18,670 bases of DNA, taken from NCBI GenBank assembly GCA_044358425.1, contig CP054849.1:585281-603950 (forward strand), in the 5' to 3' direction. This document shows, in pieces, positions 8,067 through 16,259 of this stretch. The notes beneath the pieces were generated by a model. It was not told the origin of the DNA, searched no databases, and saw only the letters and a program-made list of their open reading frames with translations. Every line of letters begins with the position of its first letter. Position 1 is the first letter of the stretch. Source of the DNA: Marine Group I thaumarchaeote (GTDB lineage: Archaea > Thermoproteota > Nitrososphaeria > Nitrososphaerales > Nitrosopumilaceae). Both the position numbers and the translations under genes were made by a program.

Positions 8067-8483
8067 ATGTTACTTCCTGCTGAAATTGAATCTAAAACAT
8101 TGATTCCTGCATTAAGGGCAATTTTAGCAAAAAAATTAGCTGAAGAACATGATATTCGAGAAGATGAAATATCTAAAATGCTCGGAGTAACTCAAGCTGC
8201 TATTAGTAATTACATTAGAGGAACTCGTGGTGATCCATCTCTTATTGCAAAGTTGCTGTCTGAAAAACAGGTTGCACAATTAATTGATGAATTATGTGAA
8301 AATCTTGCTTCTGATTTAGCTTACACTCCTTCTAGTCTTTCAAAATTTATTGGATTGTGTAATTATATCAAATCAAGTTTATTGATTTGTGAAATTCATC
8401 ATAATTTGGAATCTAATATTGATGAACAAGTTTGTAAAGAATGTGAAAACATGCTTCTAAAAGGCCCTGGTAGTGTTTACTAA
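8067..8483 (+). CDS. HTH transcriptional regulator (archaeal COG2522-like)
   Basis: LIPALRAILAKKL...EDEISKMLGVTQAAISNYIRGTRG helix-turn-helix, with a C-terminal CEIH...CKEC metal site. Confidence 0.85.
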   Translation: MLLPAEIESKTLIPALRAILAKKLAEEHDIREDEISKMLGVTQAAISNYIRGTRGDPSLIAKLLSEKQVAQLIDELCENLASDLAYTPSSLSKFIGLCNYIKSSLLICEIHHNLESNIDEQVCKECENMLLKGPGSVY

Positions 8484-8776
8484 ATTTTATTAATAATTAT
8501 TTCAACTGTAGATGTCATTTTTCCAATTCCAGCTTTTTCTAATGTATCTAAATTAATTTTTTCAATTTTGGTAACTCCTTTTAACATTTTTTCTGTAATT
8601 ATGTTTGCCACTGCTACTGCATTTGGAATTGAATTTCCTCTTGCTTTCAAAATAATGTTATTTTGATTCATGAGTTTTGATACAACATCTACAGCAGTGA
8701 GCATTACTGGATCGTTTCCAATGTTTATTTCGGTCTGCTCTTGACCTTTCGGTTCATTTACGTCTTCCATGAGCAT
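8480..8776 (-). CDS. Alba-family DNA/RNA-binding protein (divergent)
   Basis: INIGNDP, IILKARGNSIPNAVAVA and STVEIII correspond to the Alba motifs IGKKP, KARGxAISxAVDV and SxIEI. Confidence 0.8.
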   Translation of the reverse strand: MLMEDVNEPKGQEQTEINIGNDPVMLTAVDVVSKLMNQNNIILKARGNSIPNAVAVANIITEKMLKGVTKIEKINLDTLEKAGIGKMTSTVEIIINKI

Positions 8777-8830
8777 TATACAACATTCAGAAATTTTTTG
8801 TTCTTTTAAGTTTTATCGACGATTGGTTCT

Positions 8831-9322
8831 TTATATGAAATAATCAATTGGGATATTTTGATAATCACCATTTGGCAAAACCCTTCTAATCGTAATTGGA
8901 ATTACTTTCTTTTCTAATTCTTCCATTGCAATATCTAAAGAAATTCTTGCATTTTTTGGAATTTCAATAAATGGTGGTGCTCCTAATGATAATTGTAATG
9001 CTCTTGCTCCCATGATTCTGGCTTGCTCAAATCTTGTTAATGTTGGAGGTCCAATAGTGATCTTGCCTTTTTCACAAGGAATTTCAACTGGATCATGATC
9101 TTCAATTTTTTCTACAACTTCTCTTTCTTCAATTTCTTTAATTCTATTTTCAAGATTTGATTGTTCTTTTTCTGTTAATGGTTCTGTTGGATTATCGGTA
9201 TTTTTTTCAATTAATTTTCGATAAGTATCTAATGCTTTGTTTAATCCTAAATTGGGATCTGCTTCTGTTTCTAATGTTTCAGATTCTGGTGTAATTACTT
9301 TTGATTCTTCAGCACTGGACAA
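8831..9322 (-). CDS. rpoK: DNA-directed RNA polymerase subunit K (Rpo6) with acidic N-terminal extension
   Basis: LTRFEQARIMGARALQLSLGAPP...IAMEELEKKVIPITIRRVLPNG. Probable TTG start at 9322, 22 nt from the TATA box. Confidence 0.93.
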   Translation of the reverse strand: MSSAEESKVITPESETLETEADPNLGLNKALDTYRKLIEKNTDNPTEPLTEKEQSNLENRIKEIEEREVVEKIEDHDPVEIPCEKGKITIGPPTLTRFEQARIMGARALQLSLGAPPFIEIPKNARISLDIAMEELEKKVIPITIRRVLPNGDYQNIPIDYFI

Positions 9323-9344
9323 GTACAAAAATTCTCTTAAAACG

Positions 9345-9352
9345 TTATATAA
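9345..9352. promoter_or_regulatory. Palindromic TATA box TTATATAA, putative bidirectional promoter
   Basis: Perfect palindrome, exactly 22 nt from TTG 9322 (minus) and from TTG 9375 (plus). Confidence 0.6.
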
Positions 9353-9374
9353 TCTAATCATTTTTAAATTAAAA

Positions 9375-9761
9375 TTGTCTAATGCTTCAGTCTCCAGAAA
9401 GCAATTGATTTTAGAAATTGATGGAAAGATAAAATTAACTTGTGATTTAAAACGACATCTGTCTCCAAGAACTGTAGGTACTATTATGAGATCATTACCT
9501 TTGGAGGGTAATTCTCATTTAATGGGTAAAAGTATTGTTTATTTTGAAACTAGTGTTGATTCGGGAATTGAACGCGCTAGATCTGAATTTAAGAAAGGTG
9601 ATGTCGCATTTTTACCCTCTACTGGTAGTTTTTGTTTTTTTGTTGGAAATGTTGAATCTGCTAAAAAAATGACACCGATTGGTAAATTTACTGATGATGA
9701 AAATGTATTGAAGAGTGTTAAATCTGGAGATGTAATTCGTCTCTATGAAGAGACAACTTGA
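9375..9761 (+). CDS. Cyclophilin-like fold protein
   Basis: LSPRTV...LPL.G...YF...GDVAFLPSTGSFCFF...PIGK is typical of archaeal cyclophilin-like (DUF369/DUF3830-type) proteins. Start moved to TTG 9375 to avoid overlapping rpoK. Confidence 0.8.
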   Translation: MSNASVSRKQLILEIDGKIKLTCDLKRHLSPRTVGTIMRSLPLEGNSHLMGKSIVYFETSVDSGIERARSEFKKGDVAFLPSTGSFCFFVGNVESAKKMTPIGKFTDDENVLKSVKSGDVIRLYEETT

Positions 9762-10030
9762 TACAAATGGTGTCCTGCATATCCACCTACTTTCTTTACT
9801 GTACCTTTTGCAGTCGATTCTTTTAAGAATGCATTTGCAGCTGAAATTTTAACTCCTGTTTGTCTTGCAAGATCTTGGACAGTTACGACTTTAGCATTTT
9901 GAATTACTTTCATAGCTTGTTGTTCATTTAACATGACTGTAATTTCTGCTTTTTTTGGACCGCCTTCTCCTTTGTCCTTTTTACCTTTCTTAGAATCTTT
10001 AGAACCACTTGGTTTGTTTGTTCCAGCCAT
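9743..10030 (-). CDS. rps25e: 30S ribosomal protein S25e
   Basis: Lys-rich N-tail plus winged helix (KVVTVQDLARQTGVKISAANAFL...G.VKKV...Y). TTTATAA at 10054-10060 (minus), 23 nt upstream. Confidence 0.85.
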   Translation of the reverse strand: MAGTNKPSGSKDSKKGKKDKGEGGPKKAEITVMLNEQQAMKVIQNAKVVTVQDLARQTGVKISAANAFLKESTAKGTVKKVGGYAGHHLYQVVSS

Positions 10031-10174
10031 AAACTTAGAAAAAAATATTCCTATTATAAACGATTAATCGGTCGATTTTAAGTTGCCAAAAAGTATTTTT
10101 TTTAAATATTTTTAAAATAATTAAATTCGTTCAATTTTTTTCAAGTATAAATAACATCTTGATTATAGTAAGTT

Positions 10175-10387
10175 ATGGGCATTGTTGCTAAAGGTGCTAA
10201 GTGTAATGTTGAAGGATGTGACCAAGATGGTGCTCGTTCATTAAATACCACCAAAGTTGAAAATGCAGGTTTGCGAGTTAATTCAAAGGGTAAAAAAACA
10301 ATTCTTTGTAAAGACCACTACAAAGAGTGGAAAAAAGAATCCAAAGATGATCGTGAACTTGAACGTGCTAGATTCAATAAATTTTAA
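10175..10387 (+). CDS. Small basic putative Zn-binding protein (CxxxxC...CxxH)
   Basis: CNVEGC and LCKDHY. TATAAATA at 10146-10153, 21 nt upstream of the ATG. Confidence 0.82.
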   Translation: MGIVAKGAKCNVEGCDQDGARSLNTTKVENAGLRVNSKGKKTILCKDHYKEWKKESKDDRELERARFNKF

Positions 10388-11454
10388 CCTCCTTTAGGAT
10401 TGTTGAAGTAATCCTTGCTTAATTTATCGTATAATTGATCAATTTTTTTATAGAGTCTTTTTGGTTCTCTCTCTTTTTGATTGCTGAGAACATATAATGC
10501 TAAAATTGGAAATGCAATTGTTGCATCAGCATAAACCGTAATTATGCCTTCATGGGAATCTTGAATTTTACCCCAACTTTTACCTTCTTGTAATGTTGCA
10601 CCTGATAATCCTCCCGTATCTGGACGTGCATCAGTAATTTGTATGATGTATTCTTGTCCTCCTTCATTTCTTTTTAAAATTTGATCTAAAAGTGGACCTG
10701 TTTGTTGGGCAGTGTTTTTTGGTACTCCTCCTCCTAATTCTAAAATTCCTGATTTTTTTGAATCATATACAATTGCTGCCTGTTCAATAATTTCTCTAAC
10801 AAAATCTAAATCATATTTTTTATCTTCTAATCTGTGTACTGCCAAATTTAGAGCCAATGATGAATCTTTCATGGTTGAAATGTATACTGGCACATCATAA
10901 TCATATGCTGTAGTAATGAAACTTTTTTCTGGATGTTTTGCAATTTTCTTACTTCTTTTACCTAACAAGTTGCAAAATTCTGCTGTTGTAAAAGATTTAT
11001 CTTGAAAGTCGTCTGCAAACATTTTTTGAATTGTTTGATCTTCAGCTTCTAATGTTTCCTCAAATTTAATATATACATCTCTAATTCTAACAATTTCATT
11101 TTCATACAATTTCATATCATCAACATCAAAACTTCCTTGTTTGACTGGTAATCCTAATGCAAAATGATCCTCGTGATATACATTGGCACCTGTTGTAACA
11201 ATCCAATCTACAAATCCTCTTTCAATCAGTGTTTTAATTATCCCACCAAAACCAACAGGGGTCATTGCACCAGATATTGTAAGACAAATAGTTGCATCCT
11301 CTTCAATCATTTTTGCATATAATTTTGCTGCCTCTCCTAATTGCCTGCCATTAAAACCTGAATTTGCAAATACTTCAACTAAATCTTCGATATTCATTTT
11401 TGGATCTAATTTGATATGAGGAATATCTTTTCCATGAAATTTGTGTGGATCCAT
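10384..11454 (-). CDS. Deoxyhypusine synthase-family protein (SpeY/homospermidine-biosynthesis-like)
   Basis: SGAMTPVG, TTGANVYHEDHF, LGGGVPKN and DARPDTGGLSGATLQEGKSWGK (catalytic Lys present). Confidence 0.92.
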   Translation of the reverse strand: MDPHKFHGKDIPHIKLDPKMNIEDLVEVFANSGFNGRQLGEAAKLYAKMIEEDATICLTISGAMTPVGFGGIIKTLIERGFVDWIVTTGANVYHEDHFALGLPVKQGSFDVDDMKLYENEIVRIRDVYIKFEETLEAEDQTIQKMFADDFQDKSFTTAEFCNLLGKRSKKIAKHPEKSFITTAYDYDVPVYISTMKDSSLALNLAVHRLEDKKYDLDFVREIIEQAAIVYDSKKSGILELGGGVPKNTAQQTGPLLDQILKRNEGGQEYIIQITDARPDTGGLSGATLQEGKSWGKIQDSHEGIITVYADATIAFPILALYVLSNQKEREPKRLYKKIDQLYDKLSKDYFNNPKGG

Positions 11455-11567
11455 TTTTACTTGGTTTTCTTAACTGTAAATAATACTTGTGTTACACCTG
11501 AAATTGAATTTGAGACTTGGTTTAAAAATAAATTTACTTATCTATCGATTATTTGATAATTGATTAT

Positions 11568-11906
11568 ATGGAAATAATTGACTTACATGATCCTTCCAGA
11601 GTAACTAAAACTCCTGATGAGGTCAAATTTTTGCTAGAAAATGGCAATTTTATTCAAGATGAATTTAAAATATCTGATATTGAATTACGACTATACTTAG
11701 AAAGAATAGATCCAAAATTGGGCACTTACTCATTGATCACTTCTTTTGTTAGAACTAACAAAGGAACAATTGAAATGATTTATGATGAAGGCTTTCTAGG
11801 CGAAGATGCATTATCCCGAGCATTTACTTTTCTTACAACAAATTTGGGTTTGTCTGGATTAGTTTTAAGATCAATAATTTCAATTCGTCAAAAAATTTCA
11901 GATTAA
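11568..11906 (+). CDS. Hypothetical protein (112 aa)
   Basis: Intact ORF filling the gap between the DHS-like gene and alkA. ATG 11568 preferred over TTG 11553. Confidence 0.75.
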   Translation: MEIIDLHDPSRVTKTPDEVKFLLENGNFIQDEFKISDIELRLYLERIDPKLGTYSLITSFVRTNKGTIEMIYDEGFLGEDALSRAFTFLTTNLGLSGLVLRSIISIRQKISD

Positions 11907-11949
11907 TCTTTTGATAATCCTTGAAATATGATTTATTTTAAAATTAATT

Positions 11950-12552
11950 ATGTATGAAGACGCTTTAATTATTTTAAACAAAGATAAAAAACTGAAAAAA
12001 ATTATTTCATCTGTTGGTGAATGTAAAATCCGTACTATTTCCAATCCTTTTGAAGCATTGATTGAAGCAATTATCACTCAACAAATATCTGATAGTGCCG
12101 GTAAGGCAATATCTTTAAGATTTAAAAATTTGTTTGGTACACAGTATCCTACTGCAAATGATATTGTCAAATTATCTAAAACTGAAATCAAATCTATTGG
12201 TTTGTCTAGAATGAAAGCAGAATATATTTTTGATATTTCAAAAATGATTGTAGAAAAAAAATTAAATTTTAAAATTTTTAATAAAATGTCTGATGATGAA
12301 GTTATTTCTGAATTGACAAAAATTCGTGGAATAGGTAAATGGACTGCTGAAATGTATTTGATATTTGGATTAGGTAGGTTGGATGTATTTCCATTAGGTG
12401 ATTTAGGATTGATAAATGGCATGAAAAAATTATATGGTTTGGAAAATCCGACAAACAAAGAAATCTTGGAAATTACAAACAAATGGATTCCTTATAGAAC
12501 AATTGGGACGTGGTACATTTGGAGAGGTGTAAAAAATTTTCAATTTGTATGA
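11950..12552 (+). CDS. alkA: DNA-3-methyladenine glycosylase II (AlkA/HhH-GPD family)
   Basis: PFEALIEAIITQQIS, HhH motif LTKIRGIGKWTAEM, FPLGD catalytic Asp and W.PYR. Confidence 0.92.
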   Translation: MYEDALIILNKDKKLKKIISSVGECKIRTISNPFEALIEAIITQQISDSAGKAISLRFKNLFGTQYPTANDIVKLSKTEIKSIGLSRMKAEYIFDISKMIVEKKLNFKIFNKMSDDEVISELTKIRGIGKWTAEMYLIFGLGRLDVFPLGDLGLINGMKKLYGLENPTNKEILEITNKWIPYRTIGTWYIWRGVKNFQFV

Positions 12553-12621
12553 TCTAGGCATAAATTTTTGAATTTTTACTCAATACTAACGATTTTAAAC
12601 TAACTATAATTAATTTCAGTC

Positions 12622-14490
12622 ATGCGAATTTTACAATTACATTGTGATAGCATAGAGTATACTCCTACAAAAAAAGAGATTAAAAGTGCAGAAGATATTG
12701 AAAATCCTCAAACTCAAAGACTAGAGGAGCTAGTTGTTGTTTTTGTTGCCATTGAGGATGGCGATGATTCTAGTGTTGCACAAAATGCTATATCTCAAAT
12801 TAAAGAATCTATGCAAAAAATTGGCTGTAAAAAATTACTGTTATACCCTTATGCTCATTTAAGCTCTAATCTTGCAAAACCATCTGTTGCAATTTCATTA
12901 CTAAAGGAAATGGAGTCTTCTGCTTCTGATTTGGAAGTTTCTCATTCCCCATTTGGTTGGACAAAATCATACAAATTACAAGTTAAGGGACACCCATTAG
13001 CTGAAAGTTCAAAAGTTGTAACTAAAGATTCGCCATCTACAAAACCTGACTCTGAATTAACTTCTGAAGCATTAAAGGGTGAATCTAAAATTCGTTCAAT
13101 TTGGAAAATTATGTCTCCGGACGGAACAATGTCTAATATTGCTGATTTTAATTTTTCAAAACATCCCAAATTAGAAATTCTTGCAAAATATGAAGCTGCA
13201 AAACAGCGTCATGTTGATCAACCTCCTCCACATGTTGCACTAATGAAAAAAATGGGTATTGCTGATTATGAAATTGCATCTGATTCAGGTAATATGAGAT
13301 TTTTTCCAAACGGTCGACTAATAAAATCTCTAATTGAGCGATACGTAACTGATAGAGTAAAAGAATATGGTGGTTATGAAGTGGAAACTCCAATCATGTA
13401 TGATTCTGAACATCCAAGTATGGTTAGTTACTTTAATCGATTCCCTGCACGACAATACAATATTGATTCTGATGGAAAAAAATTATTTCTGAGATTTGCT
13501 GCTTGTTTTGGACAATTCCTTATGGCAAATCATTTTCAAATGTCTTTCAAAAATTTACCTTACAAACTTTATGAACTTACAAGGTATAGTTTTAGGCGTG
13601 AACAATCTGGCGAACTAGTTGGATTAAGACGACTTAGAGCATTCACTATGCCTGACTGTCATGCATTTTGCGGTGATATGACACAAGCCATTGACGAGAT
13701 AAAGGTAAGATTTGATTTATCTCAAAGTGTTCTTGAAAATCTTGGAATCCAGAAATCTGATTACGATATGGCAATTAGATTTACTGAAGATTTCTACAAT
13801 GAGAATAAATCTACAATTGAAGAATTAGTCAAAAAGAATGGAAAACCTGTGTTAGTTGAAATGTGGACTGAAAAATTCTTTTATTTTGTTTTAAAATGGG
13901 AATTCAACTTTATTGATAATCTTGGAAAAGCATCTGCTCTTTCTACTGATCAAATTGATGTTGAAAACGGGGATAGATATGGAATTGAATTCGTTGATGA
14001 AAATAATAATAAAAAACACCCAATAATTTTACACAATTCCCCAAGTGGTGCAATTGAAAGAATCATTTATGCACTATTGGAAAAAGCTGCTACTGATTCA
14101 CATGAGGGTAGAAAACCACAATTACCATTATGGTTATCCCCTACACAAGTTAGAATAATACCATTAAAAGAAGAATTTTATGATTTTTGTGAAAAATTAA
14201 CTGATAAAATTTCTACAAACTCTGTACGTGTTGACATTGATGATCGAAATGAGAGTATTGGAAAGAGAATTCGTGAAGCTGAAAAAGAATGGATCAGATA
14301 TATTCTTGTAATTGGCGAAAAAGAAGCAAACTCTGAAAATCTGAGTATTCGTGACAGGAAGACTGGGGCAGTTAGAGAATTATCTTTTGATGAATTCATT
14401 ACTGAAATTAATGAGCAAACCCAGGGTAAACCATTTACAGGTTTGAACTTTCCTAAACATATTTCCAAACGTCCAAATCTTATGGTGTAG
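12622..14490 (+). CDS. thrS: Threonine--tRNA ligase, archaeal type with N-terminal editing domain
   Basis: MRILQLHCD...LYPYAHLS...PFGW.K...KGHPLAE editing domain. LRFAACFGQF, FRREQSGELVGLRRLRAFTMPDCH and LHNSPSGAIER catalytic motifs, plus the anticodon domain. Confidence 0.98.
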   Translation: MRILQLHCDSIEYTPTKKEIKSAEDIENPQTQRLEELVVVFVAIEDGDDSSVAQNAISQIKESMQKIGCKKLLLYPYAHLSSNLAKPSVAISLLKEMESSASDLEVSHSPFGWTKSYKLQVKGHPLAESSKVVTKDSPSTKPDSELTSEALKGESKIRSIWKIMSPDGTMSNIADFNFSKHPKLEILAKYEAAKQRHVDQPPPHVALMKKMGIADYEIASDSGNMRFFPNGRLIKSLIERYVTDRVKEYGGYEVETPIMYDSEHPSMVSYFNRFPARQYNIDSDGKKLFLRFAACFGQFLMANHFQMSFKNLPYKLYELTRYSFRREQSGELVGLRRLRAFTMPDCHAFCGDMTQAIDEIKVRFDLSQSVLENLGIQKSDYDMAIRFTEDFYNENKSTIEELVKKNGKPVLVEMWTEKFFYFVLKWEFNFIDNLGKASALSTDQIDVENGDRYGIEFVDENNNKKHPIILHNSPSGAIERIIYALLEKAATDSHEGRKPQLPLWLSPTQVRIIPLKEEFYDFCEKLTDKISTNSVRVDIDDRNESIGKRIREAEKEWIRYILVIGEKEANSENLSIRDRKTGAVRELSFDEFITEINEQTQGKPFTGLNFPKHISKRPNLMV

Positions 14491-14495
14491 ATACA

Positions 14496-15368
14496 ATGAG
14501 TTTTCTTGATTTATACATGAATAGGAATCCGCTAATTACTGGTTCTGATGAAGGCGGTGAGCCTGTTGCAACAATTTTTGGAGTTCCTTTTGATGCTACG
14601 CATTCTTACAAACCTGGTTGCAGATTTGGGGCAGATACAATTCGTGATTCTTTTAATAATATTGAAATTTTTCATCCTGAACTTGGCGTTGATTTGGAAT
14701 CTGTGAATATTGAAGATCTTGGAAATACTCGTCATACAGTTGTTGCATCTGAGATGGTTGATATGCTGAAAAAAATTACTGGGGAACTTGTTTCTAAACA
14801 AAAACAACTTTTCATTTTAGGTGGTGAGCACTCTATTACCTATGGAACTTATACTAGTTTTCCAAAAGAAACTGGTTATGTTGTATTTGATGCACATTAT
14901 GATTTACGTGATGAATTTGCAGATATTCGATTAAGTCATGCATCGTATTTGAGAAGAATTATCGAAGAACGAGGTGCTGAAAATATTTTACATGTTGGCG
15001 CTAGAGCATTTGTAAAAGAAGAGCTAGAATTTCTCACCGAAAATAAAATTAAAATAATTACTGACAAAGAAATTAGAGGTGGCAAAGGGCCTAAATTAGT
15101 AAAAGATCATATCTCTACATTTGATACTGTATATTCTAGTTTTGACCTTGATGTTTTAGATCCTGCATATGCCCCAGGTGTTGGAAACCCAGAAGCTGTT
15201 GGCATTACATCTAGAGAATTATTTGATATGATTCATTCTTTTGAAGATACAAAAGTTACTGGAGTTGATATTGTAGAATTAAATCCCTATCATGATAATG
15301 GTGCAACTGCTTCATTGGCTGCAAAGATTATCTCTACGATGATTGCCATAAATGTGGCTCAGCAGTAA
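14496..15368 (+). CDS. speB: Agmatinase
   Basis: Ureohydrolase motifs GVPFD..S.KPG.RFG, GGEHSIT, FDAHYD, SFDLDVLDPAYAPGVGNPE and DIVELNP. Starts 5 nt after thrS. Confidence 0.93.
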   Translation: MSFLDLYMNRNPLITGSDEGGEPVATIFGVPFDATHSYKPGCRFGADTIRDSFNNIEIFHPELGVDLESVNIEDLGNTRHTVVASEMVDMLKKITGELVSKQKQLFILGGEHSITYGTYTSFPKETGYVVFDAHYDLRDEFADIRLSHASYLRRIIEERGAENILHVGARAFVKEELEFLTENKIKIITDKEIRGGKGPKLVKDHISTFDTVYSSFDLDVLDPAYAPGVGNPEAVGITSRELFDMIHSFEDTKVTGVDIVELNPYHDNGATASLAAKIISTMIAINVAQQ

Positions 15369-15471
15369 TTCCTTTTTCAATAATTGCCATTATTCCGTGC
15401 CTAGATCTTAAACATTTGATATTGTTTTGTAATTAGTTACATTAACTAAATCCCATTTATGAAATTCTGTT

Positions 15472-16134
15472 ATGAGTAAAGATGGATTCAACAAAGAAGG
15501 ATATCACAAATCCACTGGAACAAAATTTGACAAAGAAGGATATGACAAAGATGGTTTTAGTAGAAATGGATATGATCGAAACGGTTATGACAAAAATGGT
15601 ATTCACATAGCAACTGGTACTTTGTTTAACACTGCTGGATTAAACAAAGATGGAAATTATGAAGCAACTGGAACAGCATTCAACAAAGAAGGAAATCACA
15701 AATCCACTGGAACCGAATTTGATGAAGATGGATTCAACAAAGAAGGTTTCAACAAAAACGGTTATGACAAAGATGGATTCAACAAAAACGGTTATGACAA
15801 GAGTGGATATAATCAAGATGGTATTCACATAGCAACTGGTACTTTGTTTAACACTGCTGGATTAAACAAAGATGGAAATTATGAAACTGGAACAGCATTC
15901 AACAAAGATGGATTCAACAAAGATGGATATGATAAACACGGTTATGACAAAAACGGTTATGACAAAAATGGATATGATAAAAATAATTTTGATAAAGATG
16001 GGACTCACTTGGTAACTCATACTTTGTTTAACACTGCTGGATTCAACAAAGAAGGAAATCACAAGGTAACTGGAACCTCATTTAATGAAGAAGGTTATGA
16101 TAAAGATGGTCTTGATAAACTTGGAAACAAATAA
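15472..16134 (+). CDS. G[FY][DN]Kx pentapeptide tandem-repeat protein, function unknown
   Basis: 220-aa ATG-TAA ORF made almost entirely of GYDKN/GFNKE-type units and GxHxxTGTxF[DN] units. Synonymous variation between repeat units supports protein coding. Confidence 0.85.
   Translation: MSKDGFNKEGYHKSTGTKFDKEGYDKDGFSRNGYDRNGYDKNGIHIATGTLFNTAGLNKDGNYEATGTAFNKEGNHKSTGTEFDEDGFNKEGFNKNGYDKDGFNKNGYDKSGYNQDGIHIATGTLFNTAGLNKDGNYETGTAFNKDGFNKDGYDKHGYDKNGYDKNGYDKNNFDKDGTHLVTHTLFNTAGFNKEGNHKVTGTSFNEEGYDKDGLDKLGNK
15596..15908 (+). repeat. Intragenic direct duplication
   Basis: 15596-15663 is identical to 15818-15885 (68 bp), and 15667-15689 is identical to 15886-15908 (23 bp). The copies differ by one GCA codon (15664-15666). 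A partial third copy starts at 16021. Confidence 0.9.
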
Positions 16135-16259
16135 CAAGAATTAACTATTAATGAAGACTGTTCCAAAAAATAATTTCTAAAACTTTCTGCTTAATTTGGT
16201 CGTTAGATGGGTTCGTTTACTACAATCTACTTTATTAGATGGTATTTTGGGTGTATTTT

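Noticed and set aside
9237-9374. Long head-to-head overlap of rpoK (to 9361) and the cyclophilin-like ORF (from 9237)
   Set aside because: An artifact of longest-ORF calling. Starts at 9322 and 9375 remove the overlap and fit the TATA spacing.
10712-14807. Antisense ORFs within the DHS-like gene, alkA, thrS and speB
   Set aside because: All lie fully opposite well-conserved genes and show no protein motifs.
15640-16062. Alternative-frame and antisense ORFs 15640-15828, 15650-15832 and 15862-16062
   Set aside because: These are by-products of the repetitive coding sequence. Synonymous variation favours the 220-aa frame.
15472-16134. Repeats as a CRISPR array or a diversity-generating retroelement TR/VR pair
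   Set aside because: There are no constant repeats with unique spacers and no cas genes. The duplicated copies differ by a codon indel rather than adenine-specific substitutions, and there is no reverse transcriptase in the window.
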